A DNA stretch of 64,000 nucleotides. It comes from Eledone cirrhosa. Its lineage: Eukaryota. How positions within the stretch are numbered: the first letter of the stretch is position 1; every line of letters begins with the position of its first letter. The stretch spans positions 255,192,001-255,256,000 of the forward strand of contig OZ024740.1 of NCBI GenBank assembly GCA_964016885.1, in the 5' to 3' direction. Positions 13,226 through 24,700 of the stretch are shown in pieces. The translations under genes were made by a program, and so were the position numbers. Under the pieces are notes generated by a model, which ran no database searches, was not told the DNA's origin, and saw only the letters and a list, made by a program, of their open reading frames with translations.

Positions 13226-14464
13226 TTCCTTGAATCTTAGTCATTGATGTTGGTTAACTGGAAAGTCCGTTGGATTGAATATCAAGCCACTACCTGCAGC
13301 CTCAGATATTCAGGACGTATCTGTTGCTGAGCCAGGGGGCACCTGTTGGGTGAGAGTCTGTCACATGACGTTCTAGTCTCCATTTCACCGTTATTCGAAC
13401 TGTTTATGTTCGATATTTAAACACTCTTATCGAGGATTGGCGAATGTATAGTTACATAGCCATCTGTGGATCCGCCATCCCACTTGGCCCTTGTGTGGTA
13501 TTATCACCACGCTGTATACGAACACACATAAACAAACAAACACACAGGCAGAAAGGGCCCCAAAAATGAATAAGCATAAGTTTCATTGTAATGTAGTGTT
13601 CGAATGTCTGACTTAGTTTTTGTTTTTTAAGTTTTACTTTCCCCCCCCTCTTCTCTGTCCGTCCGCCTGCTTCTCTCTTCATTCTTATTTTCTTTACGTT
13701 TTTGGGGTTTCTTTTTTTGTTTTTCTTTTTCTCTGTTTGTTTTTCTCGTTTTTGCTGTTGTTGCTGTGCTGCTTTGGTTTTGTTGTTTGTTTTTTCTTTT
13801 TTCTTTTGAGTCTATCTATATATTTTGATGCCTTCCTCTTTGTTAGTAGTAGGAATTCTATAATGTGGAAGTAGCAGCCAGCAGGGAGAGGTGGGAGACT
13901 GGCGGCGGTAGCGATACTGAGACAGTGGTGGTGGTGATGTCGATACCGAGGCAGTGGTGGCGGTGATGTGACCGTATTACTGTAGTGATGGTGCTGTAGC
14001 GGTGGCAGCAGTGAAGGAGTCAAGGGGTGGTGGCGGCGGTGATGGGATAGTGGTGGTAATGATGGCCGTAGTGAGCGGTGGCGGTGAAGGTGAAAATGCC
14101 GTTATCTGGCTGTTGTGTTTAGTGTACACAGATGATGGGGTGGGTGGTGTATCTAGTTTCTGGTGTTGGTGAGTTTGGCTGTCCTATATAGTGTAGACAG
14201 AGGAGAGGAGGGGGGGGGGGTTCTTCTTCCATTTATAGCCATTTTCTTTTTTGGATATACAGTGTACAATACAAAGTTGAATATTTGAATATTTGAGCCT
14301 TATAACAATATATTTTGGGTCCGAATTTTTTGGGGCTCAAGCCGGGTGCTTTACGTAGCATTTGTACTAAGAGTTGTTATTTCACAAATGATTTAAATAT
14401 GTTAAAAATTCAAAACTTACGGGAGCGATTTCATGACCTCCGTCACCTCGTGCGTCTTCTTCCC
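13226..14464 (-). mobile_element. Short internally deleted non-autonomous derivative of the young R4/Dong-like LINE
   Basis: The 3' UTR (13226-13321, matching 21718-21813) is fused directly to the ORF start and complete 5' UTR (matching 25125-26267). Flanked by (TTA)n. Confidence 0.9.
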
Positions 14465-14468
14465 TTAT

Positions 14469-14959
14469 TAAGGGCTGGAGACACGATGTGATGGGCAGGG
14501 TGATCCACTGGCACCTGTGCAAAGTAAACAATCTACCACATTCTGAGAAATGGTATGAGCATAGGCCACAGGCGGTGATGGAGAACAGTCAGGTGAAGGT
14601 GCTGTGGGATTTTAGGATAGAGACGGACAAAAAACTGGAACACAATAGACCTGACCTGGTGGTTGTGGACAAAGAAAAAAGATCGTGCCTGATTGTGGAT
14701 GTGGCCTGCCCGTTCGACACGAGAGTGCAAGAGAAGGAGAGGGAGAAAATTAACCGATACCAGGACCTAAAGTGGGAGGTGAAATATTTGAGCCTTATAA
14801 CAATATATTTTGGGTCCGAATTTTTTGGGGCTCAAGCCGGGTGCTTTACGTAGCATTTGTACTAAGAGTTGTTATTTCACAAATGATTTAAATATGTTAA
14901 AAATTCAAAACTTACGGGAGCGATTTCATGACCTCCGTCACCTCGTGCGTCTTCTTCCC
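14469..14959. mobile_element. Inverted (plus-strand) R4 RLE-coding fragment (14469-14784) fused to a second copy of the R4 5' terminus (14783-14959, minus)
   Basis: ORF 14488..14853 reads MGRVIHWHLC...KWEVK, nearly identical to the young R4 C-terminus; the following sequence matches 26092-26267. Confidence 0.85.
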
Positions 14960-15009
<50 letters not shown>

Positions 15010-15224
15010 GAATGCTATGGTTGACGGAGGCTCGGCTCTGTAAGGTATTGTAAATTTTGACCGCTATAACAATTGTAAATTGTTTTAAACTTTAACCAGC
15101 TTGTAGACAAAAACACCCTCCTCCTCGTGAGAGGGGTCTTTCTGCCCGTTATTTGGCCCTTCGGGGTTAAATAACCGCCTATTGGGGTTTTGTGCCCAAT
15201 ATTTATTTTAAACAAAAAGACAAC

Positions 15225-16975
15225 ATGGCTACGAAAAAGAATTTTCATAGGTCACTCCCACTCATTCCGTCTTCTTCTTCCTCAATCGTCACTAAACCAG
15301 AGAGAAGATTGTCTCTCTCCCTCCCTTCTCTAAATGTGTCTCTCTCCCTCCCTTCTCTTTCGCATGCGACGCCAGAAAAGAAAAATCACGTGCAAAGCGA
15401 GCAAGATTTCTCTACGACGACGACGACAACGACGAAAAGGGTGTGCGGGAAATACGAAAACCCATTTCATTCGTCTGACGTCAGGAATAATAGCAGTAGC
15501 AGCCGTAATAACAGCAGCAACAGTGACAAGGAAAACAACAGTAGCAGCCGCAACAGCATCAGCAGCAGCATAAACAACAACAGCATTAGCAGCAACAGCA
15601 ACAACAACAGCAGCAGCAGCAACAACAACAACAGCAGCAAAGAGAAACCAATCTCGTTTGCAGGTATCGCAAAGAACCTGGAAACCATCCTCATAACAAA
15701 TTAGGAATTAGAGGAAGCGAAGAAGATGGTGACAAAAACTGGACACCGAGCAATCTGCAAGGCAGCGGAAACATTTTTCGAAACCCAACAGCACTGTACG
15801 GTCACGTACCGTACAGTAAGTACAAAATCCCGTAGGGTTGAAAGAGCCACAGAGGCTCAAATACAAAAAGCCCTGGGGTCTGTGTGGCAGCGGAAAACGC
15901 ACATCACACGAGGCAAGAAATATGCCACCGTATACGTACTTTTTGCCACACCCCAGCAGGCAAAGGCTCAATCCTTAGTGACCATAAGGAGCGAGGAAAT
16001 GGTGTTGGTGCCCTCCTACTGCGGGCAAAAAATTGTGAGGGTCAAACTGACCCACGTCCCCCCCGGGATGACCCCTTCTTGGCTGGCCGCGTCTGTCCTC
16101 GTCGGAATCGAGGACAAAACAACTGTACTGCAAGTACAGAAAAAAGTAAGAGAAGATTGGGTCGGCACCTCCATTGAGATGTTAATCCAAACCAACCAGG
16201 AGTGCATCGAAGCTATCCCGGATGTGATAGACTTCGATAACGGCACTCAACTGCCCATAAGTGTTGAGGGCAAACGCCTGAAATGCTTTCGCTGTGGATT
16301 GAAGACTCACCTCAGGGCCTTCTGGGAGAGGGATGGCAAAAGGTCGTAAGAAGGCACAAACGCAGAAGCAGCGCATCGTCGCCTTCGAAAAGGGAGGAAA
16401 GAAATGAAAAAAGGGTAAAGGCTACTGCAAAGAGACTCACAGCAGTAACACCACCAACTCCATCACCACCCACACTAACACCACCATCACCACCGGTGAC
16501 AACCCCACCACCAACAACACCTTCAACACCACCACCACAAGCACCAACATCGCAAACACAACAACAAAACACACACACCCAGCAACAACGACAAGAAAAT
16601 AGCAGAACCACACCCCACCCCCAGAAAAACAAATGCACGGCAATAAATACACACAACAAGAAACTAATGACTTACATAATTGAACACACAGACATTTCAC
16701 AACACGACTACATAATATCAGCACCAATCAAAACGCCAACTAACATAAGACTGCTAAAAATAGCACAGAAACAATACACAAACATTAAAACGAAATTCCC
16801 CAACGCAGTTGGTGATTTCAGAGACCTAGGAGGGACACTCAACCGAAGAGTATATTCGGACATACTCATAGAAGAGCCGACGACCAGCCGAAGGGACGAT
16901 ATAACGGTCCCTTCACCAGACGATCATGTGAAAAGGGGTGGAAAAACCATCCCTCCTCTACGAAAAGTACGGTAA
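15225..16975 (+). pseudogene. Tx1 ORF1 (gag-like): Ser/Asn low-complexity N-terminus, degenerate zinc knuckle, Pro/Thr-rich region
   Basis: ATG at 15225; ISFAGIAKN motif; CFRCGLKTHLRAFW resembles CX2CX4HX4C with the last Cys lost. One stop at 15702 and a frameshift near 16330. Confidence 0.75.
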
Positions 16976-17010
16976 GTGGTCTTTCCCATCTTTTCCACTC
17001 TATTTTAAAG

Positions 17011-20000
17011 ATGACCTCACTCAGAATAGGCAGCATAAATGCGCGTGGCTTGGGGTCGTCATGGAAGCAGGGTCACCTGCTCAACGACCTCAGGTCACTA
17101 AACATCGATGTAGTGGCCATCAGCGAGACCAGAATCTCCGAAGCACGGACCTTCGCACTGATCTTCGGCGACTACGATGTGTACGCATCTCCCAGCCGTC
17201 CTGGATCGGGGGGAAGGAGTTGCTGTGCTTTTTCGGAGAGGTTTGGATCTCGCGATACGGGCCATCTTCCTGGACCCAGAGGGTAAGTTGGTGGTGCTGT
17301 ACGTGACCAGCGGAGACGGGCAAGCTTTCAGTCTAGTGGCCGTCTATGCCCTGACAGGAGCAGGGCGGCCTGATTTCTTCCGGCGTCTGGAGACCTTTCT
17401 TGGAACGTCCCGCTCTTTAGTGTTAGTGGGCGACTGGAACGGGATCTTAGATGCACACTGGGACATGTGGGATTAACGGATAGGGGTGGAAGGTGCAAGA
17501 GCCTCACCAACCTTCTCAGGCGTTTTGAACTGTCTGACAGGTACCGATTGGATTTCCCGAATATGCCAATGTGGACTTGGCCAAATCGTATAGGGTCATC
17601 CAGATCATATCTAGATAGAGTATTTTGTAGGGAAATAGATAGGTCTAGCATAGGCTGTCCACAATTCAAGATAGTCAGCTACACGGACCACAAATTCGTG
17701 ATCTGTGTGCTTGACTTAGATAGGCTTCATAGACGAGGACCCGGCTACTGGAAGCTAAACGCGTCCTTATGAGCGCGCAAGACCTACAGAGGTCGGATTA
17801 GCGAACTAGCTAAGCGCGCGTTGACGGGGGCCATCATCAACAACAAGTGGTGGTTTGCTCTGAAAAGAGCGATTAGAATAGAATCGATTAGGTTTAGTAA
17901 GGCTTTAGCAATAGAGAAAAATAGAGGAGAGGGAGAGCTAGTTAGAAAATTAGACGAGGCGCTTAGCAAAGGCATCGCGACCGACGTGCTTGCGGCGAAA
18001 TTGGCCCTTGACCAATTCTTCATTGCAAAGCACGAAGGCTGCGTTGTCAGAGCTAGGGTGCGTGCTCTCAGACACGAGGGGACGAAAACTGTTCAATGGG
18101 CCCGAGTGGCGGAGGCGCGTCGTGGCAAAAAAGCCACGATCCGGTCTTTGGTGGACCACGACGGGCGCATGCTACACGATCCCGGGCAAATGTGTGCAGC
18201 TTTTCAGCGACACTTCGCTCAACTGTTCGCGGGCAGCAGTGGGCCGGCTCGAGGGATGGACTTTAATGTCTACCTCAACGAACTGCCGCGGCTCTCGGCC
18301 ACTGAGGCGGAGTGTTGCGAAAAGCCGATTACAGCCGCTGAAGTACGGGAGGCAATGACTGGCTTCACAAGGGGTAAATCGCCTTGTTTGGATGGTCTAC
18401 CCTATGATTTTTACGTACAGATGCCAGATTTTACGGAGGCCTCTTGGCGCACGTCTACTGCAACTGGCAACAGAACGGGAGAATTCCCAGCTCTGTGAGC
18501 CGAGGAGCGGTGGCACTGCTGAGAAAGGATCCGAACAAGGGGGATAACATAGATAATTTCAGGACCATAACTCTGCTAAACACAGAGTTCAAAATTTTGG
18601 CCAAGGTGCTAGCAAAGAGGTTGGCGCTTGTCGTTGGTGGTCTGGTGGGAGAGGCGCAGACATGCGCCATTCCCGACAGATCCATCCACGACAACCTCCA
18701 CCGCATGCGATACATCGTAGAGAGGGTAGCTAGGGAACCTGGCACGGGTGGGTCCTTGATCAATTTAGATCAGTCGAGAGCTTTCGATAGGGTCGACATA
18801 TCGTTACCTAGCGGCAGTCCTGAGGGTGGCTGGCTTTGGGCCCGTTTTCAGAGGCTGGATCGCTGCCATGCACAGCGACATCTGCTCTGTGGTGAGAGTG
18901 AACGGTCACCTTTCGGAACCGTTCAACATCATTCGCTCGGTTCGCCAAGGATGTCCCTTCTCGTCCCTCTTGTACGTATTGACTCTCGAGCCATTACTGC
19001 ACAAACTGGAGACGTTGAGGGGCGTCCCGCGCGAACTAGGATGCGGAAGATCCGTGTCAGCATATGCGGACGATGTCACCGTAGTAGTGTCGAAGGCCAA
19101 ACACATCGAGGCGATCGGCACTACACTAAGAGAATACGAAGCGGTGACAGGAGCAATGATCAACCAGGAAAAGTCAGTGGGCCTGCAGCTCGGCACCTGG
19201 AGAGGCAGCTCCATGCCGTCCAACAGCGTCGTCGGACGCTGGACAGACGGATCGGTTAAATTGCTAGGGGTCTGGTTCGGTCCGGACCTCCAGACGGACA
19301 AAAACTGGGACGAGGTGACGAGCAGGGTGGCTTCTCTCACCCAGAAAAGGGCGGAGAAGAAGCTATCCCTGAAAGGTCGAGCGGAGGTAGCTAACGCGTA
19401 CATCGCGTCTGTCATCTGCTACCGCCTGACCGTCGTACCTTGTCCTAAGCCCCGCCTGACTGCGCTGGAGCATTTGCTCTTTCGCTTTTTGTAGAAGGGA
19501 CGCACTCTGATGGTCAGGCGGTCCATCTGCTGTCAACACCCGCTACGTGGAGGGATGGGCATGCCGTGGCTGATGATGCGCAGACACGCGCTCAGGCTAC
19601 GACATCTCCACCTCTTCCTCGACGGTGATCAGGTGTGGTCGCCGTTTTCTAGACACGTATTTCCCCAGCTCGTTTCCTTGACGGAGCTGCAGTCCTGGGT
19701 CAAGCGAAAACCGAGAGGGAGCGCCTGGAGACTGGAATGTCTTCAGGCGCTCACAGCCCTCGACCAATCGGGCAATGTGATCGGTGGAAACTCCACCTTG
19801 GCGTTCTATAGAGGATTAGTGGAGGGGAAGAGCGACGACGTACTTGGGGAAACTCTAGGCGTCGACAAAAATCAACTAGCCAATCTGTTCGGAAGAACTT
19901 TCGGGCCGGGACCTATGGACAACTTCCAGAAATCTCTGGCCTGGCAGTGCTACCGAGGAGCCTTGCCAGTTCGGTATAAACTCTACAGGCATTGAGGTGC

Positions 20001-20391
20001 CGTCAGCCGGGCATGTCCGAGATGCGCGTAGGGCGACGAAACCGTCCTGCACGCGCTCGTCCAGTGTCCGAAAATTGCTGACTTGTGGGTTTATGTCGAA
20101 CATCTGCTGTCGCGTGTAGGGCGGATCCGGCTATCATCTTCCTTTAGCCGGGAAGGGCAGGCAGTTTTTATCTGTCTGGTGGCCATGGCGAAAGAGTGGA
20201 CACGTTTGAAAGGGCTGAAGACGAGCACTTACCTCTTCGGTGATGCCCTGATTAACTTTTTCAAATTTCATTTGAAAAGGAAAATCAGAGTAGAGAGGGA
20301 AGTTCTCTCTTCCCAGCATTTTGTTGAAAGATGGGTGAGAGAAGCAAGTATGGCCCGAATGAATGGGCCTTCTCTGAGTATGTGTCTGTAA
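17011..20391 (+). pseudogene. Tx1 ORF2: APE endonuclease, reverse transcriptase, C-terminal Cys/His domain
   Basis: Motifs GSINARGL, AISET, VGDWN, YLDR, TDH, GYWKLN, FRTITLLNTEFK, VRQGCP, YADD and CPRC...ETVLH...C. Several frameshifts and stops. Confidence 0.9.
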
Positions 20392-20654
20392 ATTAAAGGT
20401 GAAAAACTGGGAGAAGGCACTTGCCCTGGTGGTCAGGGTCACTGTGGTCTTTTAATGGGCTTTCTCCACAAATGTCCCTCGGAAGTCTCCCCCCTATTGG
20501 AGAATTTTTCTTTGTTATTTTATTACATCCTCTGTTTTTTTTTACACGCAGAAATGCCCATTTGTACCGTCCTGTATTGTCCTGTACTGTCCTTAATGTC
20601 TACTTTATGTAAACCCTTGTGGTTAATAAAGAAAACATTATTATTATTATTATT

Positions 20655-21675
20655 ACAGTTGCATTTATCTTGCTTTATGTTCATACGAGTTATCACCAAG
20701 TCACAACCAGTGACCTCAAGAGACAACAAGGTCCGCCATGTTCAAGAAAGAACATACATACTCACACATGCATCTTTAGTGTTTAGACTTGTGATGTACT
20801 TATATTGACAGAATCTTCCTTAGTATATGGGCAGTTCCCATTAGTACTATCTTTTGTATTTCTCCTATACGCGGGTTTCCTGGGATTTGCGATAAGTAAT
20901 CATTAGACCCCTTAGGTATCATTCCCAGAGCGCCTACAACCACTGGTATTGTTTTAGTTCTCAATTTACACATTTTTCCAATTTCTATCTCCAGGTCCTT
21001 ATACTTGCTCAATTTTTCAAATGTTTTTATAGATACATTCTTGTCTATTGGAACAGACATATCAATTAGCAGGCATACCCTCTTTTTAAAGTCCTTCAAT
21101 ATTATATCAGGTCTATTTGCATCTATTTTTCGGTCTGTTTGGATGCTAAAGTTCCACAAGATTGAGATGTGATCTTTTTCAAGTATGGGAGGTGGTTGAT
21201 GCTCCCACCAATTCTTTTGATGGGGCAGGTCAAAATGCTTACACATTATCCAATGTATGTATTGTGCAGCTCTGTCATGCCTGTTTAGGTATTCGGTTGG
21301 AGCTATAGGACTGCACATTGAAATTATATGGTCAATGGTCTCTGGTTGTTTTTTGCATACACGGCATAATGGGCTGCATCCATTTTTTATTATGTTGCTT
21401 GGTAATTTTTTGTTGGCAGACACTGATCTTGTGCTGATATAATCAGTCCTTCAGTCTCCGATTTCAGTCCAGAGGATGCCAACCACTGATGGGTTAAAGT
21501 TTTGTCAACATCAGGATTGTTAGCTCGTTCTGGGTATTTTCCATACAGAGGCTTTTCTTGCCATTTCTAAGCCAGTTTCTGTAGCAGTTCTTTCTTTGCA
21601 GTTACTTTTACCTACTTTGCTTTTTCTGTGTTTTCCATTTCAGTAGTAAATGGGACTTCTGAAATTTGTAGTCCA
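20655..21675 (-). mobile_element. 5'-truncated R4-like LINE of a second family (zinc knuckle plus RLE)
   Basis: ORF 20800..21423: CRVC...H...C, RHD, NRPDII...IDMSVP...EKLSKY. (TAA)n tail at 20637-20654. Confidence 0.85.
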
Positions 21676-21717
21676 TTACTGTTATTATTATTATTATTAT
21701 TATTATTGTTATTGTTA

Positions 21718-24700
21718 TTCCTTGAATCTCAGTCATTGATGTTGGTTAACTGGAAAGTCCGTTGGATTGAATATCAAGCCACTACCTGCAGCCTCAGATA
21801 TTCAGGACTTATCGGAGGGTTCTTGCTGTTCCAAGCAAGCATGCCTTTTGAAGCGTTCCAAAAAGCGTGAAGGGGCCGATTTTCTTTAACCATCCCTGGA
21901 AACTTTTGGAGATAGTCCCCAGTGCGCCTATGACAATCGGGATCACTTTGACTTCATGGCAGTTCCAAATCCTTTTCACCTCCCACTTTAGGTCCTGGTA
22001 TCGGTTAATTTTCTCCCTCTCCTTCTCTTGCACTCTCGTGTCGAACGGGCAGGCCACATCCACAATCAGGCACGATCTTTTTTCTTTGTCCACAACCACC
22101 AGGTCAGGTCTATTGTGTTCCAGTTTTTTGTCCGTCTGTATCCTAAAATCCCACAGCACCTTCACCTGATTGTTCTCCATCACCGCCTCTGGCCTATGCT
22201 CATACCATTTCTCAGAATGTGGTAGATTGTTTACTTTGCACAGGTGCCAGTGGATCACCCTGCCCATCACATCGTGTCTCCAGCCCTTATAGTGGGTCTG
22301 GGATAGGTGTTTACACTCGGACACAATGTGAGCCACAGTCTCCTCTCTCTCTCCACAGATCCTGCACAGTGGGCTAGCCTCCTCCTTGTAGATATGGTGC
22401 TTCAACCACTTCGTTTTGAGGGCCTGCTCCTGCGCAGCCATTAGCATTCCTTCTGTAGCCTTTTTGAGGTCTCCTCTTCTCAACCAGTTCCATGTCTGTG
22501 GATCTCTAAATTCAGTTTTCTCAAAGAAGGTACTATGAAGGGATTTTCCCTTAAGGCTGCTCTTCCTCCTTGATGTTATTTCCTCCCTGGACATCCCCTG
22601 GCCTACTGTCCCCTCCTTCAGTACAGTTCTGAGCATTGGCTCCTTACTATAGGTCACGTATTTGTATAGGTTGTTTTTCTCCATCTGAACACAGTCCTCT
22701 ATGCTGATAAGACCTCTTCCACCCTCAGATCTCCTTAGGTAGAGTCTATCGACATCACTCCTCTTGTGGAACATGTTGTAGATAGTCAATAGCTTCCTAG
22801 TCTTCCTATCCATTTCTTTTTGTTCAGCAACATTCCATCTCAGAATTCCCGCACTGTACCTAATAATAGACACAGCTCGGGAATTTACTGCACTTATGGC
22901 ATTTCTGCTGTTCAGATGTGACTTCAATACGCTCCTTACTCTCCGAATGTATTCAGTTCTTAACAATTCCTTCATTTTTTTGTTCTTCATGCCATCAGCC
23001 TCCAGAACGCCCAAATACTTGTATCCTTCCTCAGAGTCAATTTCCTTTATCATCTCACCTGTTGGTATATGGATCCCGTTACTTCTGCTCAACCTACCCC
23101 TCTTCATCACAATGACTCCACATTTACCAATACCAAACTGCATACATATATCACTGCTGAAAATACGGACAGTGTCAACAAGCACATCCAACTCCTTCTC
23201 ACTTTTCCCGAAGAGCTTAAGATCGTCCATGAAGAGGAGGTGATTGATGGTAAGCTCTCCCCTTCCCAACTTGTATCCTGCTCTCACTTTTCGCAGCATA
23301 ATGGTCAAGGGCATCAGGGCAAGGACAAACAACAGAGGGGACAGGCTATCTCCCTGGAAGATACCTCTCTTGATCTTCACGCTTCCCAAGGATACTCCAG
23401 TTGATGTCAACTCTGTCTCCCAGGACCCCATACTCCTGCCTAGCAACTGTCTGATGTTATCTGCCACCCTGAAGATCTCCAGGCTTTTGGTGATCCAGGA
23501 ATGAGGCACCATGTCAAATGCCTTTCTGTAGTCTATCCATCCCATGGCAAGATCAGTGTGTCTCCTCCTGCAATTCCCCATTACCATCTTATCAATAAGC
23601 AACTGGTCCTTTGTACCACGTGACTTCTTTCGGCATCCTTTCTGTTCGTCCGGTAACAAGTTGTTTGTGTGGAGGTGATGGTAGATTTCCTCAGACACAA
23701 TGCTCGTCAACAGTTTCCACATTACGGGCAGACATGTGATAGGTCTATAGTTGGTAGCATCATTACCCTTGATTCGGTCTTTCATTATCAGAACTGTGGT
23801 ACCTTTTGTCAACCACTCTGGCACCTCACCCGACACCAAGCAGTCATTGAACATGGCCGTCAGCTTCGGGTGGTGGGATGTTAAATGTTTAATCCAATAC
23901 CCCTGCACACCATCTGGGCCTGGTGATTTCCAGTTGGTTAGTTTTTTGGCTTGCCCCTTAAGAGTTTCAACTGTGATACTCAAATCAGTCTGTTGCTGTG
24001 CCTGCTCACCGATCTCCCTCTGTACTGTCTCAATCCACCCTGCCTGGGCATTGTGTCTAACATCCTGCTCCCATATTCCTCTCCAGAATGTTTTAGTTTG
24101 TTCCGCCCCAGGGATCAAGTCGTTGCCTCTTTCTTTGCCCTCAAGCTGTCCAAACAGCATCTTCTGGTTGTTGTCGAACATGCGGTTCTGTTTATACTGA
24201 CTGACTCTGTTCTCGTATCGCCTGATTTTTGCACTCTTTGCTACAATGCGTTGCTTCAATTCCTCTATGATAATATTTAGCTTTTTACTCCTAGTTTTGT
24301 ATTTTATTTCCAGTCTATTTTTAGTGCCTATGTTTTTTAGTGTCCCATTCAGTATTGACTCAAGCTTTCCTATGTCATTTCTCATTTCCCCGATTTGCCC
24401 ACTCAGTCGCTTCTTCCACCACGGCTCTGCTCTTTCTTGTCTGTTGTTTCCTCTCGCTTTTATACCAAGTAGTTTCCTCACCGTATTTGCTGTTGCTCTG
24501 AGGATATTGTTGCACTGGTGAAGGCTCCTCGCCTCAAGGTATGGGATGACTTTGTTTACCTTAGCTGTTGTTTCTTTTAACTTTTTCCTGTCTACAAATC
24601 TTAGGTTCATAGGTCTCCCACTATCATTGTTCAATTCATCTACCACTAAATTTAGGATGTCAACCGAATCTTGTCCTAGCCCGTCAGCATTCATCTCCTC

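Larger units (their letters stand above)
15010..20636 (+). mobile_element. Full-length but disrupted Tx1-like LINE, copy 2
   Basis: ORF1 and ORF2 described below. The 5' side follows (TTA)n at 14960-15009 and the 3' end ccttgtggttaataaagaaaac runs into (ATT)n. Confidence 0.9.
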
